A stretch of 64,000 nucleotides of DNA, from assembly GCA_002269645.1 (NCBI GenBank), contig NIVC01001306.1, positions 186,482 through 250,481 on the forward strand, given 5' to 3'. The notes below the pieces were generated by a model. It made no database searches. It saw only the letters and a program-made list of their open reading frames with translations, and was not told the DNA's origin. Numbering within the stretch: position 1 is the first letter of the stretch; the number at the start of each line of letters is the position of its first letter. Shown one piece after another: positions 29,691 through 44,110 of the stretch. This stretch comes from Macrostomum lignano. Taxonomy: Eukaryota. The position numbers and the translations under genes were made by a program.

Positions 29691-30314
29691 GATTCGGGTT
29701 GTAGTAAAACAGTTTTAAGAATCGCATGCTACCAAGGAGCATATGGCCCGAGTTCCCTGCGCGCCCATCGCACAACCAAAGGATCTTTACAATTTACATA
29801 TATTATAATTGGGATTCTGAGTTTCTCTTAGAATCCCAAAGCAAACACAGGTCCGCGCCACCCCACCATGCCGTTTGACAGTTGGGATTTAGACCCCTTC
29901 GAAGATCTATCTGGGAGTCAAGGCAAAGCTTATATATTCATATAACATAGATTCCGTGAGAATTCTGGTTGCCAGATGGCGGACCAGCCCCCTACAGCTG
30001 CAGAGCAATGGGTACCATTAAAATAACTATATGGTATTTCTTCAGCTTGGAGAAGGCCGCTCTATAAAAACACGTAGCTGCAAGGCAATGGGCTTTGAAA
30101 TTCTATAGAGGCACATCGAGTTTCGGTTTCAATTAGTTATATACAACATCCCAGTGTGAGACGCTGGGAAGCTGCTGATGAAGCTGCGGAGATATTGACT
30201 GCCACACTGCGGTGCGCTTGCACCCTACTGGTTCGAAGTTTTAGCGAACTCTGCCACTGAGGAATCAGCTGGTCGTAAATCTCCCTTCTCTCTGTTAGTC
30301 CTCTTCTCTCCCAC

Positions 30315-30770
30315 CAACTCTCCACTGAGTCTCTCAATGAGTCTCTCACTGACTCTCCCACTGACTCTCCCACTGACTCTCTCACTGACTCTCTCACTAA
30401 CTCTCTCACTGACTCTCTCACTGACTCTCTCACTGACTCTCTGACTCCCTCACTGACTCTCTCACTGACTCTCTGACTCTCTCACTGACTCTCTCACTGA
30501 CTCTCTGACTCTCTCACTGACTCTCTGACTCTCTCACTGACTCTCTCACTGACTCTCTGACTCTCTCACTGACTCTCTCACTAACTCTCTCACTGACTCT
30601 CTCACTGACCTCTGACTCTCTCACTAACTCTCTCACTAACTCTCTCACTAACTCTCTCACTAACTCTCTCACTAACTCTCTCAATGACTCTCTCACTGAC
30701 TCTCTGACTCACTCACTGACTCTCCCACTGACTCTCTGACTCTCTCACTGACTCTCTCACTGACTCTCAC
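30315..30770. repeat. 12-bp repeat (GACTCTCTCACT) with 8-bp deletion variants
   Basis: Direct reading of the sequence. Confidence 0.92.
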
Positions 30771-31306
30771 TTACTGAGCCGCATGTCTCACTTTCACCGA
30801 ATGCTGCAGTGAAACGCAGTGCATCCGTACCGAACGCAAAAGCGCACAAAATAACACGGTTGGATTTGTATACACATCCAAGCCCAAACACATTCAGTTC
30901 AGACTGTAAAACCGCAGAGACAGATTTGATACAATACTGTATAAGCCTCCAACAATATAAACAATCCTGACTCCACAAGTGCGCGCTAAATTGTAGCAAC
31001 ACATCCGTAAATCCTGCAGACTACCTCGTGTGTAATGCATGATGTCTGACTATTAGACATCTGAGCAAGACCTTGAAACACCTGCTAACTCTACCAAGCG
31101 GCGCAATTGGTAAAATGTTTAGACAGCCTCCCCTTCCTCAGTGAGTTGTGTTGTAGTGGAATTAACCATAGAGCTGATTAAACAGAACTTAAAATATTGG
31201 ATTGCAATCCCTATTTTACCTAGAATATGCTTTCAGCCTTCTTAGTCTCAGTAGGAGTGGCATTGTGACAAGCAGCTCATTGCAGCCGGCATACAAAACC
31301 AGTTGT

Positions 31307-31905
31307 CTGTAGCTGTAGCTGGTAGCCCTTCTGTAGCTGGCGCCCCAACTGTAGCTGGCGCCCTCTCGGTAGCTGGCGCCCCTCTGTAGCTGGCGCCCCC
31401 TCTGTAGCTGGCGCCCTCTCGGTAGCTGGCGCCCCCTCTGTAGCTGGTAGCCCTTCTGTAGCTGGCGCCCCAACTGTAGCTGGCGCCCTCTCGGTAGCTG
31501 GCGCCCCCTCTGTAGCTGGCGCCCCCTCTGTAGCTGGCGCCCCCTCTGTAGCTGGCGCCCTCTCTGTAGCTGGCGCCCCCTCTGTAGCTGGCGCCCTCTC
31601 GGTAGCTGGAGCCCCCTCTGTAGCTGGCGCCCTCTCTGTAGCTGGCGCCTTCTCTGTAGCTGGCGCCCCAACTGTAGCTGGCGCCCTCTCTACAGCTGGC
31701 GCCCTCTCTGTAGCTGGCGCCCTCTCGGTAGCTGGCGCCCTCTCTGCAGCTGGCGCCCCCTCTGTAGCTGGCGCCCTCTCGGTAGCTGGCGCCCTCTCTG
31801 CAGCTGGCGCCCCCTCTGTAGCTGGCGCCCCCTCGGTAGCTGGCGCCCTCTCTGCAGCTGGCGCCCCCTCTGTAGCTGGCGCCCCCTCGGTAGCTGGCGC
31901 CCTCT
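31307..31905. repeat. 18-bp minisatellite (TAGCTGGCGCCCCCTCTG), ~33 copies
   Basis: Tandem units; source of the GASYRE / RQLQRG repeat ORFs. Confidence 0.94.
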
Positions 31906-32528
31906 CTTGAGAAATGAGGACTGGAATCTAGATATTCCAGCTCCTGCTTCAAGGCACCTCCTTGATCAGATTGACCATCAGAAACCGTTCCAAGAGACGC
32001 CACCACACCATTTGTATATTTGTCTTTTTTCCTGACAGCCAAGAACTGAGGAAAACCCTACACTACAGTATACTAGCTTCATCTGCAGCTTCCATCTTGA
32101 CAATCCTTGCAAGTTTTTTTCGCTCTCTACAACCTCACCTTGACATTTTTGTGACAGTTGCGAAGTCCCAGAAATTCGGTTAGGAAAAAATAGTTGAAAG
32201 AGGAGGCCGTTGTGAAAACAAAAGAAGCCCAAAATGGCCCGGCTCGGGCGCTCGGATTCTGCTGGATGACTGACTTCCCGATCCTGTCCGATGGAGAGTC
32301 CCCGCCGTTCACAGCTGGAGACCGCGGGACACTGCATTCGGTTTGGAACCAGCAGCTTAGCTTCATTATGCAGTCGTCTCATTTCAACTCAAGAGAGGGT
32401 GGGGGGCAATCGCTCCGTTTATGTTTGCAGTTGAAACAATAAACTGACAGCAGCGAGAGGCGAAACTGATTTCTGAATGACTGAAGATTCCAAAAGCCTA
32501 TTTGATTTTTAGGCAAGCATTGCATCAG

Positions 32529-33535
<1,007 letters not shown>

Positions 33536-35139
33536 GCTTTTCTAAGGCCGCTACCATGACTCAAATAGGAGAAGATTCAAATTTCCATTATGAGCAAACA
33601 CTGGCGGTAATTTCCGGACAGCCCCAGTAGTTCGAGAGTTCTTCGCTTAGTTTTTTCTACAGATGCCTGGCCGCCTGCCAACTCAAGCCCGGGCTAGCAG
33701 CGGGTGAGTGGAGCGGCCGGATTCCAGGGCTGGGGCGGCCTGGGAAACCCGGGGGTCGCAACTGCTGCTGGCCGCAGCCTGACTCGGAAGCCCCCCCCCC
33801 TGCCAAGAGAAAACTGAAGAAACTGAGAAGAGCAAAAAACGTACGAAACAGAAATTTGCAGCTGCTCTGACCGACTCCGACCCACCGCCCCCTGTGTGTG
33901 TGTTTTTATTTGCGAGTTCACGCATGCTCTGTTTCCGGTTGAGTTGAGCAACAGCCACAGCATTCAGCTCAGGAAAAAACTGGCTATTGACTGACAGATC
34001 GGGTCAGGTGCTGTCGCTATATGAGTTGATGTATTATTGTTATTATTACTCAAGGTGGCTCTGTGACTCGATCGCATTCCTGGAAACTGGAGCAGACTGC
34101 AGGTATGCAGGGTTAGGCTGCCTGGTGAACGATTTGATGGACATCTCAGAGGCGCCATCAACAAGACCATTCTCTCTCTGAGAGTGAGCGCTTAGGTCTA
34201 GGGGGGGGGGAGTTATATATGGGGAAGTTTTTTCAACCTAATTTTATTCGCACACGACAAGATAAGGTGCTAAAAAACCGAAGCCTCAGTTGGTGCAACT
34301 CCGCCCTCAAAGCCAGTCTTTATACCATAGACGTCTGTCTATGCAGAGCTGCCTCTCGAGAGTCTATTTCTAAGAGTATGCAGTTCGATAAAAATTCTAC
34401 TTGAAAATTCCACGCCGAAGCACCTGCGCCCGCCCGGTCGGCCAGTGCCTCCCGGGTTGCGCGACTGTGCTCATCTAAGTTCGAGAGTAGTTTGGAGAGT
34501 TTTCACGTCGCTCTCCCCCGACTTGAAACTCGGCGACCAACCCCATCTGAGGATTGGCCCATAAACTAACTGTCTGGCCGGGTCGCGGCGGCAATTCCTT
34601 CCTTCCTTAACTGGCGGTTGCCATGGCTCGGCATCGCCCGCCTGTGTCGGCTTTCCTTCAGACTCAAAGGTTTTGTTTGACTGTCGGTGAGGCGGGTGGG
34701 GGGGGGTCAATTATTCGCTGTGTTGGCGCCCTGGCTGCCTGCCGGAGTCTCCATATGCTTCGCTGACTCTTCCTTGGCCTGGGCCACCGCCCCGCCGTGG
34801 CAGATAGCGGCAGCCCAAAACCCGAGCCGGGGCAGACGGGACACTCGACGCACTAATTTAAATATCGATTCGCTGGAGTTGGTCCTCAGGCGCGGGGCAC
34901 GCGCCACCGCCCTTTTTAGTTGGGGCTGTCAGCGAGCGGAGGGAACACCCGATCGGCGACCGCCTGTGCAAGGTGTTGGTACCCGCCTGTCCTGCGCTGG
35001 GTGGCAACTAACGCCTAATTATGGAATCGATTGCTGAGAGACTGATCAAGTCAAGACTAAAGAGATAGCGAGATTGACTGTCTGACACTGCCGGATACCC
35101 GCCTCCATCAGTTGGGGCTGACGGATCTATGAATTTATT

Positions 35140-35238
35140 GACAGGCAGGCAGACAGACAGAGAGACAGACAGACAGGCAGGCAGACAGGCAGGCAGACAG
35201 ACAGACAGACAGACAGACAGGCAGGCAGGCAGGCAGGC

Positions 35239-35315
<77 letters not shown>

Positions 35316-35322
35316 GGCAGGC

Positions 35323-35393
<71 letters not shown>

Positions 35394-35438
35394 TAGACAG
35401 ACAGACACTAAGACAGACAGACAGACAGACAGGCAGGC

Positions 35439-35471
<33 letters not shown>

Positions 35472-35629
35472 GGCAGGCAGACAGACAGACAGAAGGCAGA
35501 CAGACAGACAGGCAGGCAGGCAGACAGACAGACAGACAGACAGACACTAAGACAGACAGACAAACAGACACTATGACAGACACAAAGACAGACAGGCAGG
35601 CAGACAGGCAGACAGACAGACAGACAGGC

Positions 35630-35702
<73 letters not shown>

Positions 35703-35769
35703 CTAAGACACTATGACAGACACAAAGACAGACAGGCAGGCAGACAGGCAGACAGACAGACAGACAGGC

Positions 35770-35830
<61 letters not shown>

Positions 35831-35913
35831 CTAAGACAGACAGACAAACAGACACTATGACAGACACAAAGACAGACAGGCAGGCAGACAGGCAGACAGA
35901 CAGACAGACAGGC

Positions 35914-35966
<53 letters not shown>

Positions 35967-36020
35967 GGCAGGCAGACATACAGACAGCCATACAGACAGA
36001 CAGACAGACAGACAGACAGA
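35140..36020. repeat. (GACA)n/(GGCA)n microsatellite with internal higher-order duplications
   Basis: Direct reading; mirror copy at 62760-63642. Confidence 0.95.
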
Positions 36021-37492
36021 GAAAATGCTCAACGTCCTCAATCGGAAACTAACTCTAATCTGCTGAAAAAAGGTAAATTCATAGTTGCCAAAGCAACAGT
36101 AATTAAATAAACAGGATAAAAGACTCTCAGGTCTGGTCTGCGCAATCAGAAACGGCAACTAAATAATAAGACGCAGGAGTTGCGCAAACAGTTCGTTTTT
36201 CTTCTTTTTCGACTCCGCCACCCTGCGGCTGCCCCAGCAACCCTTCTGCATTGTTCTCCGTATCTCTGCCCTTTCAGTCTTAATCGTTCTCAAACTGCGG
36301 ACTTTCTTGCGCAAGCAGAGCGAGGGAGTTCGCCAGTAGGCATTGACGCAATCAAAATTGCGTTGATCATTCCCTGTCTCCGTCTGATTCTCTCAAGCCA
36401 GTTGGTGACAAAACCTGCGCGTTATCAATCTCCAGCCGCCCCTGCTGAGTACGATGGAGCAGGTGCAGGGTCTTCTTCATAGCACTTTTTTCCGCGCTCA
36501 TCACAGCCCTCCCGCTAAGAGCTGTCAAAGGCTCGGCAGTCTAATTCTCTTCGAGCTCTTGCTCCAATACCCAATTTTCCCCAATTAACGCGCAGCAGTA
36601 GGAAGCTAGTGAAAGGGTTTTGGTTTTAGAGGGGTTCGAGGGGAACCCCGCCTCAGGGAACACCTGTTACTTTCAGATTTCTTTCACTTATAATATATAA
36701 ATTTGGGCTCCTTTTAGCCTGTGTCTGGGCGCCTGACAGGGAGCCTCTGTGCCCTCTCTGGCCTGGGACTGGCAATGGGAGACCCCAGATGGGAGGCGGC
36801 GAAGGTTCAAGCGGAGGGAAGCACAATCAGGCTCGGGGGGCTCAGAGACGACAGAAAGGACGGGGCAACCCCCCATCTCAAGCCCGCCCAGCCCGGCCAA
36901 AAACCCCTAATTGGTATCAGGTTATTTTCGCCGCGATTGTCTATGGTCTGAGGGGGCTGAGGGGGGCGACGATTTTTTCGGTCCCATTAATACCATAGAC
37001 AGACAGACAGACAGCCTTTTTCTCTCTCGCTCGCTATCTATTCAGCAGGAAATGTGGGGGCCCATTTTCCTCTTTTAGTCCCGTCTCCTATTTCTGTATT
37101 TGCCACCTTCGGTGGGGGGAGGCGGAGGGGGAGTGGCACACACGCGCGTCTGTCCGCTGAGAGACCACCTGCTGCGCTGCTGTGCCCCCCCCCCCCGGGC
37201 TGGCAGGTGTCCCCTCAGGCAACTTTCGGGACTTCGGAGCTGTTGCACGAGGCGTGAGAAATTCGATAATTATTATATATTCTTAGAGGCATAATGAAAT
37301 GATAAGAATTAGAAATTTTATAAGCAAAGGAAATCAGAGGAGACTGTTGACTGACGAATAAGATTTTAAAATGAGCTTCTCTCGCAAGGGCTGACAGAAA
37401 TTTTGACGAAAATTGATTGACTTGACTGACAGTTAGTGGCTGGAATGAGCGATAGTTCTGAACAGCAGATATCAGACTGCGTACATGTCAGT

Positions 37493-38155
37493 GTGTCAGA
37501 TGCTACTGTGTCAGGAAGTTATAGGTGACGCAATAAAATGTGTCAGATGCTACTGTGTCAGGAAGTTATAGGTGACGCAATAAAATGTGTCAGATGCTAC
37601 TGTGTCAGGAAGTTATAGGTGACGCAATAAAATGTGTCAGATGCTACTGTGTCAGGAAGTTCTAGGTAACGCAATAAAATGTGTCAGATGCTACTGTGTC
37701 AGGAAGTTATAGGTAACGCAATAAAATGTGTCAGATGCTACTGTGTCAGGAAGTTCTAGGTAACGCAATAAAATGTGTCAGATGCTACTGTGTCAGGAAG
37801 TTATAGGTAACGCAATAAAATGTGTCAGATGCTACTGTGTCAGGAAGTTCTAGGTAACGCAATAAAATGTGTCAGATGCTACTGTGTCAGGAAGTTATAG
37901 GTAACGCAATAAAATGTGTCAGATGCTACTGTGTCAGGAAGTTATAGGTAACGCAATAAAGTGTGTCAGATGCTACTGTGTCAGGAAGTTATAGGTGACG
38001 CAATAAAATGTGTCAGATGCTACTGTGTCAGGAAGTTCTAGATGCCACAATAAAATGTGTCAGATTCTATTGTGTCATGAAGTTCTAGATGCCACAATAA
38101 ATGTGTCAGTTACTATTGTGTCAGGAAGTTTTACATGACGCAATATAAAGTGTCA
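37493..38155. repeat. 47-bp minisatellite (TGTGTCAGATGCTACTGTGTCAGGAAGTTATAGGTGACGCAATAAAA), ~13 copies
   Basis: Period 47 (37501 to 37548); mirror copy at ~60625-61288. Confidence 0.94.
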
Positions 38156-38844
38156 GTTAGAAGACACAAGAGATGGTCCGAGACAATAAAGATTAGAAAA
38201 TCCTTCTCAAGTCACGGATCCAAGTCCAACGCGCCAACTACAAGCACTAATTCTGTGGACTACAGGGGAAACCAGCAAGATTCACCCAGACCGGACGAAG
38301 CGCTTCTTGAAAGTATCAAATTTCTATCAATAGCAATACACATAAAAAATCGAAATGTATTGAGGACGTGACAAATGCAGAGTGGCAGAATTTGATACAA
38401 CACCAACTGCTGAGCACTATAACATTTTTAGGGATAAAATCTGCATCAGTTCTAGCCCGAATAAATTAGCTAAGCAGTTTTTTCATGCACGACTGGCTGC
38501 AGATTGGGTGTAATCAGATAGCGCTGAGCAGTTTGTAGGAATTCAAATTTGTGCATCGATTGACATTGTAGGTGGAGTTAAGTTAAAAAACAAATATGCA
38601 GAACTTTATTCGTTTTTGCAATATCAGCTTACCATAAAATAAATAAATAAAGATTTGCAGCAGGGCTGCAGGCACCCTGGCGCTACGCCTTCGGCGACAT
38701 GGTTCCACAACCAGCGCTGACGGCAATCCTGCCCGTTCCGCTGCCTCCTGAATACTGTACACAGGCATGCACTCGTGTACACGCTCACACAGGGTGTACA
38801 GCGGCCCTGACTGTCTAGTCTCTGTGCCTTGGGAGTCTGTCTCT

Positions 38845-38847
38845 GAC

Positions 38848-38928
<81 letters not shown>

Positions 38929-38973
38929 GCCTGTCTGTCTGTCTGTCTGTCTGTCTGTGTGTCTGTCTGTCTC

Positions 38974-39050
<77 letters not shown>
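38845..39050. repeat. (TCTG)n microsatellite
   Basis: Direct reading; mirror (GACA)n at 59727-59935. Confidence 0.95.
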
Positions 39051-39052
<2 letters not shown>

Positions 39053-39109
39053 TCGAATCGCACGCCAACCTCTAGGCCAATTTTCATGCACACAAACCCA
39101 AATAAATGT

Positions 39110-39173
39110 GACCGCGAACGGAATCGAACCTGGGGTCGCGGCGCGAGAGTCACGCTTTTACCGCTCGTCGAGT
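39110..39173 (-). other. tRNA-Glu(CTC)-like derived sequence (SINE head or pseudogene)
   Basis: Minus strand CTCGACGAGCGGTAAAAGCGTGACTCTCGCGCCGCGACCCCAGGTTCGATTCCG: A-box-like segment, perfect B-box GGTTCGATTCC, CTCTC anticodon-like region; the acceptor stem is broken. Confidence 0.5.
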
Positions 39174-40964
39174 TTTTTCAAGAAATATTCAGCCCTATTA
39201 ATCATATTTCATAATTATGTTAAAAGTAAAACATTAGGGACGGAGAACAATCGAGCAAACAGGTCTTCTGTTTGACAGCAATTAGATTTGCTCCTAGTCA
39301 AAGCAATTGAGCCCATTCGTTTACTGTTCGAGAGGGCAGCCACCTCGCAATAGTGAGGTGCTCAGGTTGAGCAGAGCAAATAGAGAAATTAAAATGAAAA
39401 TCCTGTTTAACAGCTCCCAATTCTCTTTGACCAACCCTTCGGGTCCGCCATTATCCGCGACGCCTTTCTCCTTCCTCTCTTGTTCTGCTCTCTGCTTTTA
39501 GAAGAGGGCCACAGCCACCAATTGGTCTGATTTTGTCCCGCTACGACAGGCACCGAAGTGCTTTTGCCGGCCACTCAAACCGGCCACTCAGCGCTAAGGC
39601 CCGCCCGCGCCATGTTTGCCTCCTGCTTTCGCTCGGACTAAAGGGTCACTCTTCTAATAGCAGAAGCAGCAAAAGCAGTTTAAGCATACAGAAGCCTCTT
39701 ATACAATTCTGGTTTGGCGGGTTTTTGAAGCTTCGAGTGTATAAGTTCCATTGTTTAACGCATTGTACCTGGCTTTAATGAGCGTCTGCAGCGCAGTCAG
39801 GCACTCGGGCGGGGGGGGGTTCAACCGTGACCGGCGCGTTTAACCCGCAGGCGTTTGACTGTAAATGATTGCGCAATCAAGAGACTTAACAGTATATACA
39901 CACACATACGACTATAGGCATACATTCGCATAAGGTTTGCGCAAGCCCAAAGGCGGCCAAAGTTCCGCCCAGGTCTTGCATGCAATTAATTATCAGAGAG
40001 CATTTTAAGCCCGTGCGGAGGAGGAGGAGGACTGAGAGCTTGGAGTCCGATTACCATTGACGCCGGCAGCAGCTGGGATTTCTCCCATGTCTGCCCCCCC
40101 CCATCGAAAAGCTGACACTTCAATAACTTCGGGTACGCAGATTTCTAAAGCTTCAAAATAATATTGGAGAAAAGGAAAAAAATCTAGTAGCAGACATGCT
40201 TGGAAGAATTATTGCTTGCTTGTCTGCTTTTAGTTGTAAAACACCTTAGAACCTTGAAAGTAAATTACATTCTCACACTGCCAGGTGCTTCTTGACAGAA
40301 AAAGCAGACACCCATGCCCCACTGAGTGTGTGTCGATTCTTAGACAGTAAAGTTTCTGTCACAGCTGCTGCTGCTGCTGCTGCTTCCTCTCCACTATCTG
40401 GGTCACCGCATGACCGGTCTGTGCTCAGAATTTGGAAACCATGTTTCTCCTCTGTGCTTGTCTGTCTGTCTGCCCCTGCCCTGCGCCCCTCCACTGGCCT
40501 TCTCTCGTCTCGTCTGGTCTCCTCTAATCTCTCCGCTCGTCGTTCGCTTCCGCATTTCCTTTTTAATCTTCTGCTTCGGGGAGTGGGGGGTGGGCACCCG
40601 AAAGCGAGCAGGCTGATTTCAGTTCAGTCTTTATCCCAAGGCACGGCACGCGCACACATTAATCACTTCCGATTGAATTGCTAATGAGGGGGGAGCCACG
40701 GAGGGCCCCAAATCCTCCCATCTCTGCACCCTGAAACTCGCTCGATTTTATTGCTGTGGAACACTGGCTGGGCCAGGATCTCTAGGATAGCCCTAATCGA
40801 CATTAAAAGCCGTCTTGCGCTGGCCTGAATGCCGTGCTTCCTTATCCAACAATGCTGGAGGTGATTCGTGAATTCACAATCTCGAATAGCCCCTAATTTA
40901 CAAGCCCCGAAATTAACGTTTGGAAAAAAAACATTAAAATCTCCGAGCTTCAGATTCTCCAGCC

Positions 40965-41485
40965 TTCACGTTCCTCGATCTTCACATTCTTAAATCTTCA
41001 CATTTCTCAACCTTTACATTCCCCAACCTTCAAATTCTTCAACCCTAATGTTAATACATTCCCTAATGTTTACATTTCCCAATCTTCCCATTCCCCAAGC
41101 TTCACATTCCCCAATCTTCACGTTCCCCAAGCTTTACATTCCCCAAGCTTCACATTCCCCAGTCTTCACATTCCCCAGTCTTCACATTCCCCAAACCCTC
41201 ACGTTCCCCAATCTTCACGTTCCCCAAGCTTTACATTCCCCAAGCTTCACATTCCCCAGTCTTCACATTCCCCAGTCTTCACATTCCCCAAACCCTCACG
41301 TTCCCCAATCTTCACATTCCCCAATCTTAACATTCCTCAATGTTCACATTCCCCAATCTCCACATTCCCCAATCTTCACATTCCCCAATCTTCACATTCC
41401 CCAATCTTCACACTCCCCAAGCTTCATATTCCCCAATCTTCACGTTCCCCAATCTTCACATTCCTCAAGCTTCACATTCTCCAAA
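40965..41485. repeat. 16-bp minisatellite (TTCACATTCCCCAAKC), array 1
   Basis: Tandem units; mirror copy at ~57297-57815. Confidence 0.9.
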
Positions 41486-42199
41486 CAAATACTCGTACCT
41501 ACCGATGCTTTGAGCATTTCAATTCTGTGAAGTTTCTGGTCAGTGAACTTTAGTGAAGCGACCCGATATGAATTTTGGCGAATCTCTGAACAAGAAATTG
41601 TGAATTGGGGATTTCAACATCACTCTGAAAGCGAGTCACGCCAGCCTCCTTAAACTATTTCCTCTCCGCTCAATAGATACTTCAATTTTAAACTAAGATT
41701 ACATTTTTTTGTGTTTAGACTGTAAAATAGTTTGTTTATCTCGGTGCGGGCAGAAAAACAACAGAAACTTTGATACATTATCGAAAGAGAAACAGACTGA
41801 ACCTCGAATATTCGTGCAATTTGTGCGCAGTAATCCGACATCATCTTGGAAACTGGGACAACTTGAAAAGGGTGCCACAGAGGTGCCACAGGCACGGGCA
41901 GTGTTCGAAATGCAAATTTCTAGAGCGCACGCGTAAAATAGGCAGCTAATCTCTATGATCCTAAAATACTGTGCAGGTCGCGCTTATAAACACAAAAAAT
42001 AGTCAAACGGCACCAATAAAAACAGATCTTGGACGGCATTCTTCAGTAGAGAAAAGGCGGACACTTACGAGTAAGCTTGTGTCGGATTTGTGCCCAATTT
42101 ATGATCTCATTTTGTTGCAATTACGAACTGTGCCAAGTCATTAAGGCTTTCTTGACTAAGTTAAGTCCCCAGTGAGGCGGGTTAGCCATTTTGGAATTC

Positions 42200-42420
42200 G
42201 TGCATGAAATTCTTTCCTGGGGAATTCCTACCTGGAGAATTCTATTCAGGGGAATTATTTTCTGGGGAACTCTTTTCTGGCCTTCTGGGGAATTCTTTCC
42301 TATGGCAATTCTACGCTGGGAAATTTTTCCTAGACAATTCCTTTCAGGGGAACATTTTCCTGGGCAATTCTTTCCTGGGGAATTCTTTCTGGCAAAATTC
42401 TCTCCTGGAAATTCTCTTAC
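42200..42420. repeat. Degenerate ~10-11-bp repeat (TTCCTGGGGAA / GGAATTCTTT)
   Basis: Recurrent motif; mirror copy at ~56360-56580. Confidence 0.65.
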
Positions 42421-43209
42421 TTAATAAATCAATAAAATAATGAATTTTATTGGTTATATTTCCTTAGTTTCAGAGACGTATTCGTGTAACTGAAATCCTA
42501 AGGAAATTTGCTAATTCCCTGGGGAATTGATTGAACTTTTTTGCAGCTTATTCTGTCCAAGGGGGAATTTCTAATAGATTCTAGAAACTGTTGGCATCAG
42601 ACTAGGCTAACATCCATCTCTCTTAAAACGAGAATTCTGGCAACTTGGCCTCAATGCGCCTGTCTGCAGAACAAATGTCATTGTTAAAAATGTGCGATGA
42701 GTACCCTCCTCCACCGCTGCTCCAGCTCAGACTGAATGAGCGAGTCCTGGGAAACGATGAGAGGAAAAGCAGGTGTTGATAAATTTTTTCGGCAGCTGCT
42801 ATTAGTAGCTCTTGATGGGATAATTCTCCTTCCGCCTCCCCTGGAAGCAGCGACCCGAGGGCGGCAGGGTCAGTCGGGCGTGAAGGTCTCAAGGGCTGAG
42901 TGCTGATGAAGCGAGCGGGGTCCTGCTGTGGGCAGTTTTTTTTTCAAATTCGTTCTCAAATTTTCAGGACGCTCTGCTAGACCGGAAATGAGCTTAGTGG
43001 GAGGCGGGCGCCAGCCTCGATGAGGCTGGATGGGGTTGTTTTGACTGCTGGGGAGGGAAGGAGAAGCATTGACTCAGCCGAAGGGATGGAGAAGTCCAAG
43101 GAGGCTTTGTACGGAGAATCTGGAATTAGCATCTCTTTCACAAATCAAAACTTTCGATGGAAGCAATTCATAGCAGAAAATACTAGCAACCGGAAGTGAT
43201 TCACAATCT

Positions 43210-44110
43210 CAAAGTTTAACATGCCTTAGTTGCCGTCCTCCGAAATTTCATGTTCCCTAAAGCATCACATTCTCCAAGCTTCACATTCTCCAAGCTTCAC
43301 ATGCCTTAGTTGCCGTCCTCCGAAATTTCATGTTCCCTAAAGCATCACATTCTCCAAGCTTCACATTCTCCAAGCTTCACATTCCCCAAGCTTCACATTC
43401 CTCCAAGCTTCACATTCCCCAAGCTTCACATTCCCCAAGCTTCACATTCCCCAAGCTTCACATTCCCCAAGCTTCACATTCCCCAAGCTTCACATTCCCC
43501 AATCTTCACATTCCCCAATCTTTACATTCTCTAATATTCACATTCCCAAGCATCACATTCTCCAAGCTTCACATTCTCCAAGCTTCACATTCTCCAAGCT
43601 ACACATTCCTCAAGCTTCACATTCCTCAAGCATCACATTCCTCAAGCATCACATTCCCCAAGCTTCACATTCCCCAAGCTTCACATTCCCCAAGCTTCAC
43701 ATTCCTCCAAGCTTCACATTCCCCCAAGCTTCACATTCCCAATCTTCACATTCCCCAAGCTTCACATTCCCCAAGCTTCACATTCCCCAAGCTTCACATT
43801 CCCCAAGCTTCACATTCTCCCAAGCTTCACATTCCCAATCTTCACATTCCCCAAGCTTCACATTCCCCAAGCTTCACATTCCTCAAGCTTCACATTCTCC
43901 AAGCTTCGCATTCTCCAAGCTTCACATTCTCTAAGCTTCACATTCTCCAAGCTTCACATTCTCTAAGCTTCACATTCTCCAAGCTTCACATTCTCCAAGC
44001 TTCACATTCTCCAATATTTAAATTCCTCATTTTTCACATTCTTCATTTTTCACATTCTTCATTTTTCACATTCTCCAAGTTTCCAATTCTTAATCAAAAA
44101 TTCACAATCC
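43210..44110. repeat. 16-bp minisatellite (TTCACATTCCCCAAGC), array 2, with an 80-bp duplicated left border
   Basis: About 50 units; ATGCCTTAGTTGCCGTCC occurs at 43221 and 43301; mirror copy at ~54670-55570. Confidence 0.93.

Noticed and set aside
37493-38155. 47-bp (and 32-35-bp) arrays as CRISPR candidates
   Set aside because: No spacers; these are ordinary minisatellites.
39110-39173. Functional tRNA-Glu gene
   Set aside because: The acceptor stem cannot form (5' flank is AAAAAACTCG versus 3' GCGGTCA); reported only as tRNA-derived.
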